From an uncultured Acidobacteriota bacterium (GTDB lineage Bacteria; Acidobacteriota; Terriglobia; UBA7540), in contig CAWDSK010000006.1 of NCBI GenBank assembly GCA_963804995.1, positions 800,001 to 864,000 on the forward strand: 64,000 bases of DNA. The letters run 5' to 3'. The notes beneath the pieces are model-generated. The model was not told the origin of the DNA, did not search any database, and was given only the letters and a program-made list of their open reading frames with translations. Within the stretch, counting starts at the first letter, position 1. Each line of letters opens with the position of its first letter. This document shows positions 55,899 to 64,000 of this stretch, piece after piece. Made by a program: the position numbers and the translations under genes.

Positions 55899-56844
55899 CC
55901 TCACCTTCTTTTCCGGTCAATTCGTTGTACGTCACTCTCCGACCGTCTGCCTGTTTTAAGGCCGTCTGGAATCTCTCTCCGTCTGTCATCGTGCGAGTAT
56001 TGAATCGGAAGGTAGCACTATCGAGATAGCGGTCAAGGTGAAAAGCGTCAACGGAATGATGCGTCCCGTAAATTGTCCGCTTGAACAGGCTCCAGAAGTT
56101 CTCAAGGCCGTTCGTGTGAACACGGCCCCGGACAAATTCTTCGGCGTGATTGATGACTTCGTGAATGTAATTCTGCTCTTCGATTCCGTCATAGGACTTC
56201 AATGCGTCAGAGTAGATGACGGAGCCGGGAGCAACGTTGCGGCTGATTTGTGCTTGAAGCTCTCCCTTGCGCACAGTCCGTACCTTTTTGGCGCGAATCG
56301 TACCATGCCGCTTGAGAAGTCCCATGACCGCGCACTTGCCGATTGACCCACGGCCAAGATGCTGCCTTTTGCTCGCGTGCTTGAAGCGCTCTTTTCCGCC
56401 GATGAAAGTTTCGTCAACTTCGACTTCGCCAGACAGCGGGTCGCGATCTCCGTTTTCGCGCATCGTGAGCCGGATTCGGTGAAGCATGAACCATGCGGTC
56501 CTTTGCGTCACATTGAGCGCCCGGCCAAGCTGATAGGAACTCACATCTTTTTTCGATGACATCTCAAGCCAGAAGGCGGGAAGCCATTTATCCAAGCCAA
56601 GCGGGGAGTCCTCGAAAATCGTTCCGACCTTGACCGTGAACTGCTTTCGGCAAGTCTTGCAGCGCCAGATGATTCCACGTGTCTTGCTATTGATCGTCCA
56701 GACCTCTGTCCCGCCGCAATCCGCACGCGGGCAAGTGACCTTACCATTGGGCCACCGGACATCTGCAAGAGCCTGATGGCATACTTCCGGGTCGGAGTAG
56801 TATCGAACTGCTTCAAGCAACGTTTCTGGTATGTTGTTAATCAT
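55891..56844 (-). CDS. IS1595-family transposase (Zn ribbon plus ISXO2-like DDE)
   Basis: CPRADC...CKTC, AWFMLHRIR, VEVDETFIGG, SDA and HTNGLENFWS motifs. Confidence 0.95.
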   Translation of the reverse strand: MINNIPETLLEAVRYYSDPEVCHQALADVRWPNGKVTCPRADCGGTEVWTINSKTRGIIWRCKTCRKQFTVKVGTIFEDSPLGLDKWLPAFWLEMSSKKDVSSYQLGRALNVTQRTAWFMLHRIRLTMRENGDRDPLSGEVEVDETFIGGKERFKHASKRQHLGRGSIGKCAVMGLLKRHGTIRAKKVRTVRKGELQAQISRNVAPGSVIYSDALKSYDGIEEQNYIHEVINHAEEFVRGRVHTNGLENFWSLFKRTIYGTHHSVDAFHLDRYLDSATFRFNTRTMTDGERFQTALKQADGRRVTYNELTGKEGEDV

Positions 56845-56850
56845 GAGTAC

Positions 56851-56879
56851 AGTTTACGCCACTAATAGTTGTTTGTCAA
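56851..56879 (-). promoter_or_regulatory. Sigma70 promoter of the transposase, overlapping an internal partial IR
   Basis: TTGACA-17 nt-TAAACT, 6 nt before ATG. Confidence 0.7.
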
Positions 56880-56898
56880 GTACAAAATGAAATTATTT

Positions 56899-57567
56899 TT
56901 AGGGCGCTCCTATGCTTGGGTCTTGAAGGAATTCTTCAAGTTTTTGCTGGTCGCTCATCAATAACTTCCAAGTTTCATAGTATTCGGGTGTCATCCCTCC
57001 ACCAAGGTAGGACTCATTACCTCTCGATTGACTGCGAAATCTCGCGAGGTACACATTCCCCCTGGGAATCGTTTTAAGATAATTCTCGATGGCTTTATGC
57101 CAGCTTTGAACAGACAATGCCCACTCATGCTGGTCCTTGTCTGGATAGACACTTCCCGGAAAAAATCTCGTACGTAGCGAGTTCCCCGTATCTATGTATC
57201 GGCTGATTTTCCCCTGTATGGAGCGTCGCGCCTTCTCAGTAGCTTCATCCGCAGATGACTTGCTACTATTAATCACGGTCGGAGGTGGCATATTGTTTGT
57301 AACTTGAACGGTCGGAGGCTGCTTGGTGTTATGCTCAATCTCAGCCAGTTGCCTACGTATTGCGGATTGGGTCTGCGCGTTCTTAGCTGCCTGAAATGCG
57401 ATCAAGAGCACAGCCACGGCTCCGCAGGCTAAGAACTTGATTTTATAATGCTTCCGCGTGATCGGATCGTCTGTGGGGTGCAAAGTCACATGCACCCCCT
57501 GATAGGCCATATAAATCGTGAGGAGAGCAGACGCGACTGCCAATAACACGGTAATTGTCGTATCCAT
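56899..57567 (-). CDS. Hypothetical membrane-anchored protein, IS1595 passenger (copy 2)
   Basis: Identical to 5-673; lies inside the IRs. Confidence 0.85.
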   Translation of the reverse strand: MDTTITVLLAVASALLTIYMAYQGVHVTLHPTDDPITRKHYKIKFLACGAVAVLLIAFQAAKNAQTQSAIRRQLAEIEHNTKQPPTVQVTNNMPPPTVINSSKSSADEATEKARRSIQGKISRYIDTGNSLRTRFFPGSVYPDKDQHEWALSVQSWHKAIENYLKTIPRGNVYLARFRSQSRGNESYLGGGMTPEYYETWKLLMSDQQKLEEFLQDPSIGAP

Positions 57568-57573
57568 CGCATA

Positions 57574-57602
57574 AAACTACTGCCTGTACATTTGTTTGTC
57601 AA
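57574..57602 (-). promoter_or_regulatory. Sigma70 promoter of the passenger gene, with -35 inside the terminal IR
   Basis: TTGACA-17 nt-TAGTTT, 6 nt before ATG. Confidence 0.68.
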
Positions 57603-58486
57603 GTGATTCATCGCCATACTTTGCTCCAAACCAGAACCCGAAGTTAGGGGGCGGGGGCAACGTGCGCGCGTGGTGATAGCTGTTCCGGCTCAACTCCATG
57701 GGTGGGGGAGGGCCGCCCCACTCCTGATATTTGAACTCGCGCCAGTTGACCCCAATTCGCGCGTAGAACGGATCAATGAGCGGTGAGGGAGGCGGCATCT
57801 GGAACCAGTTTGACCCCTGCGGCACCATCAGCCGCTGGCCATCCACGACGAATTCGTTCCGCCGCGCCTGGCCGCCAAAAATCGGGTGGTTTTCGAGCAC
57901 TAAGCAGGTCTGGTTGGACTTAGCTTGGTCCTTGAAGTAGAGCGCCGCCGCGAGCCCGCTGATGCCTCCTCCCACTACTACCATGTGGAAGACCTCGCCC
58001 GTGTCCACGACCGGTGTCGGGGGAGAGTCGAACACACCATCCCGCACCGCGTGCGCGGCCAGCATCACCTCTAGCGTATGGCCGTTGGCGCCCGCGTAAT
58101 CTCCCTCCCCGGTGTACCCTCCCCAGGAGGATTGCTGAGCCAGAAGCTCGAGCGGAGTTAGGGGCTTCAGCAAAACACTTCCGGAAGCCAGCAAAGCCGA
58201 ATTCAGGAAATCACGCCGGCAGATCCGCGCATTCATGCCCAAGGATTTATCGCCTAGCGGAGAGCTCATGTTTCTGCCTCCGGGGCTGCTGGAGTGAGCG
58301 GGTTAGTCTTGCATTAAACGCGCCTCCGCTCCGCTGCTCGGTTTGAAAATATCAGTTTGAAAATCGTCCAGGCCGAAGCACCGATGGGTGTCAGAGCGCC
58401 GCTTCCCCCTCGTGTCCCGGTGGCACAAAGATCTCATGTTATGCGCTACCCGCTGACGAGTGGTAAGCCCCGGATGGCGAGGTCTT

Positions 58487-58540
58487 ACCCGAGGTCAAGC
58501 GGAGCTTTCTAGTTCCATCGCTCCACTTGACCTCGGGGTA
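58487..58540. terminator. Long hairpin just downstream of the TonB receptor (terminator or stabiliser)
   Basis: TACCCGAGGTCAAGCGGAGC...GCTCCACTTGACCTCGGGGTA. Confidence 0.5.
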
Positions 58541-58558
58541 TTCCAGTTCAGACCGAAG

Positions 58559-61500
58559 CTAGAAAATGAACTTCATAGCAACTTGCCCGATGCGCGGGTC
58601 CCTCGCGCTGGTCACATAGCCGAAACTCGAGTTTACGATCTTTCCCGTTGGAAGCCCGAATTGGGCGTGGTTGAAGATGTTGAAGAACTCCCCCCGGAAC
58701 TCCAGCTTCTTCGACTCGGTAATGCGGAGGTCCTTCACCAAGGCCATGTCCCAGTTATTGAGGCCCGGACCGTGGAAGAAGCGCCGGTTAGCATCTCCAA
58801 GCTGTCCCAACGCCTCTTTGCTGAACAGGGAAGTGTTGAAGTAAGGATCCGTGTTGGTGGTCGGGTTGGCCAGGCGCGGATCCGTGATATTCAGGGGACC
58901 AGGGAGGCGGTTGGGCACATCGAGGATGCCCACGCCACCCGCATGGAGAGTACCCAGCAGCGAGTTGTCGTCGTACTCCTGGAGGGTCACAGGCAAGCCG
59001 GTGGAGAAATGCGTAATGCCGCTGATGATCCAGCCATTGGTCAATCGGTTGGGGTGCCAGAGCTTTTCGAACGGTACCTGATAGCTGTAGCTCGCCACGA
59101 AGTTGTGGGTCATATCGTAAGAGGACAGCGCCCTACTGATCTCGGGGTTCAGGAAGTTAATCATGTCACCGCCGGTGGGCGAGCCATTATTTCCATAGGA
59201 GGAGGAGTTGTCGAGCGACTTGCTGTAGGTATAGCCGGCCAGGAACTCCATGCGGCCGGAGGTGTGGCGCAAAGAGGCCTCCAGGGCGTTGTAAATGGAG
59301 TTGGCCTTGGTAGTGAACAACCCTTCGGTGCCGAAATTCGACCCGAAGGGGTAGCGCGTGCCGTGAATCACCCCTCCGGTAATGGGGTAAAACGTCCCAT
59401 CTTCAGCGACGGGCCCGCAGGTGGCGGTCCCGGGCATCACTTCGCTCGGCTGGCTGAGACTGAGGCACAGAGCGGCATTGCTCGGATTGACTTCTACGGC
59501 CGCGAGAAGCCGGTGCCCTCCTGTGCCAACGTAACTCAGGCTTGCTAGAGTGTTTGCGCTCAACTGCCGCTGGAGCGAGAAGCTCCAGTGTTCAGCGTAA
59601 GGGACACTGTTGCGGGAATCGATAACCGGCGCACCCACGATGGGCGTGAACTGAGCCCAGTTGAAATCTTTATCGGGGTGACTCGCACTGACATTGCGAG
59701 GCGGGAAAGTAACTGGAAATTTTACGCCCTCGTTTTTGCCGGTTTGCCGATCAATAAAGGGCGTCTCAAGAAGTGGAGGTACGGGACTCGCATAGTAGAA
59801 TCCATAGGGCGAATCTCCCTGTATGGTCAAGTTCATTGCGTTTGTGTCGGCGGTGAAGAAAACACCGAAGGAGGCGCGAATACTGGTCTTGCCGGGTCCG
59901 CCAATAAGCTTACCCAAAAAACCTCCCTGGATACTGGGAGAATAAGCCAAACCAATGCGCGGGGAAAGATCGTGGTGGCGAACCGGGGAGATCGTCCTGG
60001 GAATGCCAGGATCACCGGGCAAGACCCAGCCTGTGGGCGCGCCGGGAAAGACCACCGACTGTTCGCCATATACCAGAGATTCATTTTCGCCGAAAATCTC
60101 ATACCACGGCGATCTGACTGCCCAGTTGAGGCCGTAGTTCACCGTGAGATTGGCCCTGGCGCGCCAACTATCCTGCCCATAAAGGCTATAGTAATATTGG
60201 CGGAAGTGTAGGGTCGGGGCCTGACAATTCTCATAAACACCCGGCGCTCCCAGCAGGTAATCGGCAAAATCAACCCCGGTTTCCGCCCCATAAAATCCAA
60301 AAATCCCCACACTACACTCGGAGCCCCCGGAGTTGGAAATGCTCCCGTCCATATGCGCGCCGCCACCGAACTTCAAGGTGTGAGTTCCCTTCACATGCGA
60401 GAAATTGTCGAGCACCTGATAGGAGTTGTCCCACAACTGGAAGGCGGAAAACGACATACCTATGGTGAAATTATTGAGTTCCATGATGGGAATACCCGTA
60501 AGACTTGCATCATCAACAATGCCCCCGTTGTATTGGTCCCCCGTACCTGCCCCGACCGTGAAACCAAGGGAGCTGAGGCTGGGACCCACTCCACCGACCG
60601 GCGTACTGGTGAAAACGACATCTCGTGTGTAATTGAGGCGGAACTCATTCACAGAGGTCGGTCCAAATGACTTCGTCGCCCCGAAGTTAATGTTTTGCGC
60701 CCGGCCGTTGTTCGTGCTGGAAAATCCCGGAATGCCGCCGTTAGAGTAAGGGTTATTGTAGGTGTAGTCGTCCATAAAATAGTAGCCCGAGAGCAGGCCG
60801 AGACGCGTATTGGCGTCAATCCGATAGCTCCCCTTGTCGTCCCGCAAAGTGTTGTCGAAGGCCGAGGTCGTATAGTCGGGGCCCGAATTGGGATACGGGA
60901 TGTATTTCAGGAGATTTGCCGCAACGGGTGAAAAGGCCGACGTCGGAATAGTCGCATTGGGGAAAACACAGTTCGCCGAGCTGGTGCATCCCGACGTGTA
61001 GTAAGGCTCCCCAGCACTAACCGGGTATCCCAGTCTTTGCGACAACAGGTTGGCCCAATAGCCGCCGGACACAGTGCCGGTGAGGTTGCTTGCCACATCC
61101 GCCAAGTTCCCGGTATGATCGGTAGCGGACGGGACAGGAGTCAGACCGCTGTCCACGCCGGTTACTAGCCGCTGTCCCTGATAATCACTAAAGAAAAACA
61201 ACTTGTCTCGGATGATGGGGCCACCAATGGTCCCCCCGAACTCGTTCTGGTGTAGGGTACCACGCGACGGTGAGAAAAAGTTCCGAGAGTCCATGTCCGA
61301 ATTGCGGAGGAAGTCAAAGACATCTCCGTGCCATTGGTTGGTGCCTGATTTGGTGATGGCATTCACCAGCCCCCCGGAGTAATTACCGTACTCAGCGTCA
61401 GCGTCGTTGGTGATGATTCGGAATTCCGCAATGGAGTCCAGGTTGGGAATGATCGCCGCGCTATTATAGGTCCCCTCTTCCACATTCCCGCCGTTGACCA

Positions 61501-62137
61501 AGAATCCATTGGCCGCTTCCCGCTGCCCGCTGACAGAGAGATTCCCCGAATTCAGGCTCCCAGAGGGGGCATAGCCGCGATAGTCGCCCGACCCAACAGG
61601 AACTACGCCCGGTTGCAGGGCGAGCAGGTCTGTGTAACTGCGCCCGTTCAATGGAACAAGCTCCATCCTGGTGGTTCCAATCACTTCGCCCATCTGCGTG
61701 CTATTTGTCTCGACGTGCACGGCGGTGGCGGAAACGCTGACTTCCTGAGTCACGGCGCCCACCTGGAGCGAGGCGTCAACACGCAGCGCGGTGTTGACGT
61801 CCAGTACGAGGCCCGTCTGGCGGTACTCCTTGAACCCCTGGGCCTGAACGGTTATGTCGTAGTGGCCCACCGGGAGAATCGGAAACGCGTAAAATCCTGC
61901 TGCGTTGGTGTGAGTTGTTTCCTTGATGCCCGTTTCTGTGTTGAGGACCACGACGCTGGCGTTGGGGACCACGGCACCGGTGGGGTCTGAAACAGTTCCC
62001 GAGATGCTTCCTGTGACGCTCGCCCACAGTGGTGAAACGCTAAGCGCCAACACTAACATTGTGATCAACACAAAAACCACTGAAACAAGATGTGTGAACC
62101 ATTCATGAAAACCATTAGCTCGAATTTGGTGCCTCAT
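58559..62137 (-). CDS. TonB-dependent receptor, Oar-like (paralog of 36410-39949)
   Basis: ISGTVSDPTGA, VPLNGR, TKSGTNQWHG and DPRIGQVAMKFIF motifs; RBS GGAGG. Confidence 0.93.
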   Translation of the reverse strand: MRHQIRANGFHEWFTHLVSVVFVLITMLVLALSVSPLWASVTGSISGTVSDPTGAVVPNASVVVLNTETGIKETTHTNAAGFYAFPILPVGHYDITVQAQGFKEYRQTGLVLDVNTALRVDASLQVGAVTQEVSVSATAVHVETNSTQMGEVIGTTRMELVPLNGRSYTDLLALQPGVVPVGSGDYRGYAPSGSLNSGNLSVSGQREAANGFLVNGGNVEEGTYNSAAIIPNLDSIAEFRIITNDADAEYGNYSGGLVNAITKSGTNQWHGDVFDFLRNSDMDSRNFFSPSRGTLHQNEFGGTIGGPIIRDKLFFFSDYQGQRLVTGVDSGLTPVPSATDHTGNLADVASNLTGTVSGGYWANLLSQRLGYPVSAGEPYYTSGCTSSANCVFPNATIPTSAFSPVAANLLKYIPYPNSGPDYTTSAFDNTLRDDKGSYRIDANTRLGLLSGYYFMDDYTYNNPYSNGGIPGFSSTNNGRAQNINFGATKSFGPTSVNEFRLNYTRDVVFTSTPVGGVGPSLSSLGFTVGAGTGDQYNGGIVDDASLTGIPIMELNNFTIGMSFSAFQLWDNSYQVLDNFSHVKGTHTLKFGGGAHMDGSISNSGGSECSVGIFGFYGAETGVDFADYLLGAPGVYENCQAPTLHFRQYYYSLYGQDSWRARANLTVNYGLNWAVRSPWYEIFGENESLVYGEQSVVFPGAPTGWVLPGDPGIPRTISPVRHHDLSPRIGLAYSPSIQGGFLGKLIGGPGKTSIRASFGVFFTADTNAMNLTIQGDSPYGFYYASPVPPLLETPFIDRQTGKNEGVKFPVTFPPRNVSASHPDKDFNWAQFTPIVGAPVIDSRNSVPYAEHWSFSLQRQLSANTLASLSYVGTGGHRLLAAVEVNPSNAALCLSLSQPSEVMPGTATCGPVAEDGTFYPITGGVIHGTRYPFGSNFGTEGLFTTKANSIYNALEASLRHTSGRMEFLAGYTYSKSLDNSSSYGNNGSPTGGDMINFLNPEISRALSSYDMTHNFVASYSYQVPFEKLWHPNRLTNGWIISGITHFSTGLPVTLQEYDDNSLLGTLHAGGVGILDVPNRLPGPLNITDPRLANPTTNTDPYFNTSLFSKEALGQLGDANRRFFHGPGLNNWDMALVKDLRITESKKLEFRGEFFNIFNHAQFGLPTGKIVNSSFGYVTSARDPRIGQVAMKFIF

Positions 62138-62422
62138 TGACAGCCCTCCTTTTGTCAATCACTCAGATCCCGAGCCTGACGTTAACTCGTGGCACTTCAT
62201 AAGCGCGGTAGCAGCCAGAGAGATAGTTCAGGGATGTGAGCTACGGCCACGATCGCCGTCCCAAGCTGGCGGGGGGTACACTCTGAGGGGTTCTCGCGGC
62301 GGCAGCGGGTCAGTGAAGCTGTGAAGGCGATGGCCGAAGGCACGTGCAGCCTTGTATCCATTTCCATCCCTCGCGTTAGTTGCAGAATACTGGTCGCTGT
62401 CGATAGCACGCCATCGCACGAA

Positions 62423-62461
62423 TGTCAAGCAGTAATTGAGCAGTAATTGAGAAGTAATTGA
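62423..62461 (-). promoter_or_regulatory. TTGACA box with three adjacent 11-bp direct repeats upstream of the TonB receptor
   Basis: GCAGTAATTGA GCAGTAATTGA GAAGTAATTGA (62429-62461) abutting TGTCAA (62423-62428). Confidence 0.55.
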
Positions 62462-62670
62462 GCTGGCAAACATTAGGTCGGTTTCTAGCAAGGGGGAGCT
62501 GGGAGGGCATGACCGCCACCTTCAACGAGGTCGATATCGGCACATGAGTTGCGGGGAGTAGCCACTCTTGGGGGAACAACAAGGGAACATTAACGCCCGA
62601 ACACCCCGTAAAACCGTGCAACTAGACCGAAGAAAAAGCTAGGCGAGTCAACAAGATAGCATGATTGGAT

Positions 62671-62704
62671 TTGCCTGGCAGCCAAGAGGTCAGGGGTTCG
62701 AGCC
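62671..62704 (+). pseudogene. tRNA-Ala(GGC) fragment, cut in the T arm by an IS481-like end
   Basis: TTGCCTGGCAGCCAAGAGGTCAGGGGTTCGAGCC. Confidence 0.55.
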
Positions 62705-63131
62705 TGTCCATACCAAAAACTCGATCGCAGTAGGAAGATAATCCGAGATGGCTCCGTGTGCCTCCCAGCAGCAGCGCACGATATCCTCACCATCGTTCTC
62801 GCGGAGACGGATCCTGGAATCGATCCGTGGTTCTGTCATCCAACGCCAATCTCTGCTGGCGCCGGAAGGAAACTCAAGACTGTCTCTTGGGGGAATGACA
62901 CTTCAAGCTGCTCGCCGTTCATAACGGTGATGGAGTCCTCCAACTTCGGGGATCTCTGCCACGGCACCGAATTCCGGCCCTTGGATAACCCTCGCTTCCG
63001 GGGCATCCTTCGCCAACGCCAGATGTGTTCGCGAATGTAGGTAATACGCGAAATAAGAATTTAGAAGGCCACGCAGAGAAGACTCGTTGAACACAACAAC
63101 ATGGTCCAGGCACTCGCGCCGGATCGAGCCC
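62705..63131 (-). pseudogene. IS481-like element, right end and integrase C-terminal fragment
   Basis: RECLDHVVVFNE...GGLHHRYERRAA; terminus TGTCCATACCAAAAACTC. Confidence 0.8.
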
Positions 63132-63289
63132 TGTCTCTCGCCAAAATCTCATCCGCGCCGAAAATGGCGAACTAGCGCTCCAAAGCAAAACCAGAAGAAT
63201 TGAAGCATAGCCGGCACTTATACCAAAATCCTGGCGAGACGATGGCAACTATGTTGTTTCAAAGTCGGATGGAGTTTTGGCGAACGACA
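63132..63289. mobile_element. 158-bp non-coding unit bounded by inverted IS481-like termini (MITE-like)
   Basis: TGTCTCTCGCCAAAATCTC ... GAGTTTTGGCGAACGACA. Confidence 0.55.
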
Positions 63290-63867
63290 GGTTTCGGAGG
63301 AAGGCGAGCCAACGTTGGGCTGGCTCGGGATCTCTCGGCGCCCGTTTCATCCAACGCGAGATCGTTCTCTCGCAAAGATCAAAACCGAGCATAAGAAGCT
63401 CGCCGCGTATGCGCGGCGCTCCCCAGGTCGGATTCTCAACAGCCATCCGGAAGATCAACTCTCGAACTCCCTTCGGCGTCGGCTTCCTCCCAAACCGCGT
63501 CCTGACTTTCGAGATCAGTTTCCAGTACAAGCGAAAACCAGCTCGGTGCCAACGAATTACGGTTTCAGGCGTGACGACGATCAGGGCTTGTTCCCATCCT
63601 GACCAGTATCGACGAACGGCGACTCAGAACAATTTGTCGAACGGGCCCAGGCACGGGCGTCGACGCCGCCGCTTTAATACGGCGAGTTGTTGGCGTAACG
63701 CAAGATTCTCAAGGAGGATACTTCGTCGCATGCGAAAGAAGTGAATCAGCGTTCCGACGCACAGGCCGATGGATTGAAGCATGGCGAGGAGTTATAACAG
63801 AAAGCTGATGGGACGGCGGCAGTTATGTCATTGATTTCAGAGTCCGCCAGAGTTTTGGCGAACGACA
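63290..63867 (-). pseudogene. IS481-like element, left end and integrase N-terminal fragment (internal stop)
   Basis: LENLALRQQLAVL...PETVIRWHRAGF...NPTWGAPRI; terminus (rc) TGTCGTTCGCCAAAACTC. Confidence 0.8.
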
Positions 63868-63911
63868 ACGGGTAGAATGCTTGCTGGTTGCAGGATTGGA
63901 AAGGAGCGCCC

Positions 63912-64000
63912 GTGTCAGATGTCATTTACACTTCCAAGGTGCACATCGAACGCCAAGCTGGCCCGCTACGCATCGCTAAATTGCCCGCGGAGCCGCAGCC
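63912..64000 (+). CDS. Start of a protein running off the window (possibly OsmC-like)
   Basis: RBS AAGGAG; GTG start; MSDVIYTSKVHIERQAGPLRIAKLPAEPQP. Confidence 0.5.
   Translation, partial: MSDVIYTSKVHIERQAGPLRIAKLPAEPQ

Larger units (their letters stand above)
55675..57615 (-). mobile_element. IS1595-family (ISPna2-like GGC ends) transporter IS with passenger gene, 1941 bp
   Basis: 24-bp IRs GGCGACAAATCACATGACAAACAA / GGCGATGAATCACTTGACAAACAA; 8-bp TSD ATACTTTG at 55667-55674 and 57616-57623. Confidence 0.95.
54428..58269 (-). pseudogene. Tat-signal FAD oxidoreductase (spermidine dehydrogenase-like), interrupted by IS1595; parts 57616-58269 and 54428-55666
   Basis: Removing the element and one TSD restores an in-frame 630-aa ORF (FGAKY|GQQPG, paralog GPKFGQQPG). 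Confidence 0.92.

Noticed and set aside
1..57615. Composite transposon bounded by the two IS1595 copies
   Set aside because: The right copy has its own TSD inside a split gene, indicating an independent insertion.
1..64000. CRISPR array or cas genes
   Set aside because: No regularly spaced repeats with unique spacers and no cas motifs were seen.

Overview
A high-GC bacterial region, most likely Acidobacteriota (inferred from two Oar-type TonB-dependent receptors, many Tat-signal enzymes and the tRNA-Phe sequence style). It is a decaying carbohydrate-utilisation region. It encodes cyclic beta-1,2-glucan synthase, two Tat-signal DegT aminotransferases, an MFS transporter, a GMC oxidoreductase plus gamma subunit, amidohydrolases, heparinase II/III-like, YdjC-like and GH3 proteins, and two paralogous FAD oxidoreductases. 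Mobile DNA is abundant: IS630, IS1380, IS481-like integrase elements, a serine-recombinase remnant, one full and one truncated group II intron, and several tRNA-derived att remnants. There are three highlights. (1) A 1941-bp IS1595 'cargo' element (55675-57615; 24-bp IRs, 8-bp TSD) carries an unknown membrane protein and an unannotated 54-aa ORF. Its IR doubles as a sigma70 promoter for an apparently leaderless passenger gene, and the same IR-promoter module recurs internally before the transposase. A second identical copy is cut by the window start. (2) A group II intron has EBS1/EBS2 matching a ~100-bp palindromic repeat into which it has inserted. (3) There is a possible periplasmic keto-sugar/amino-sugar pathway. 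All calls come from reading the sequence and recognising motifs; no database searches were run.
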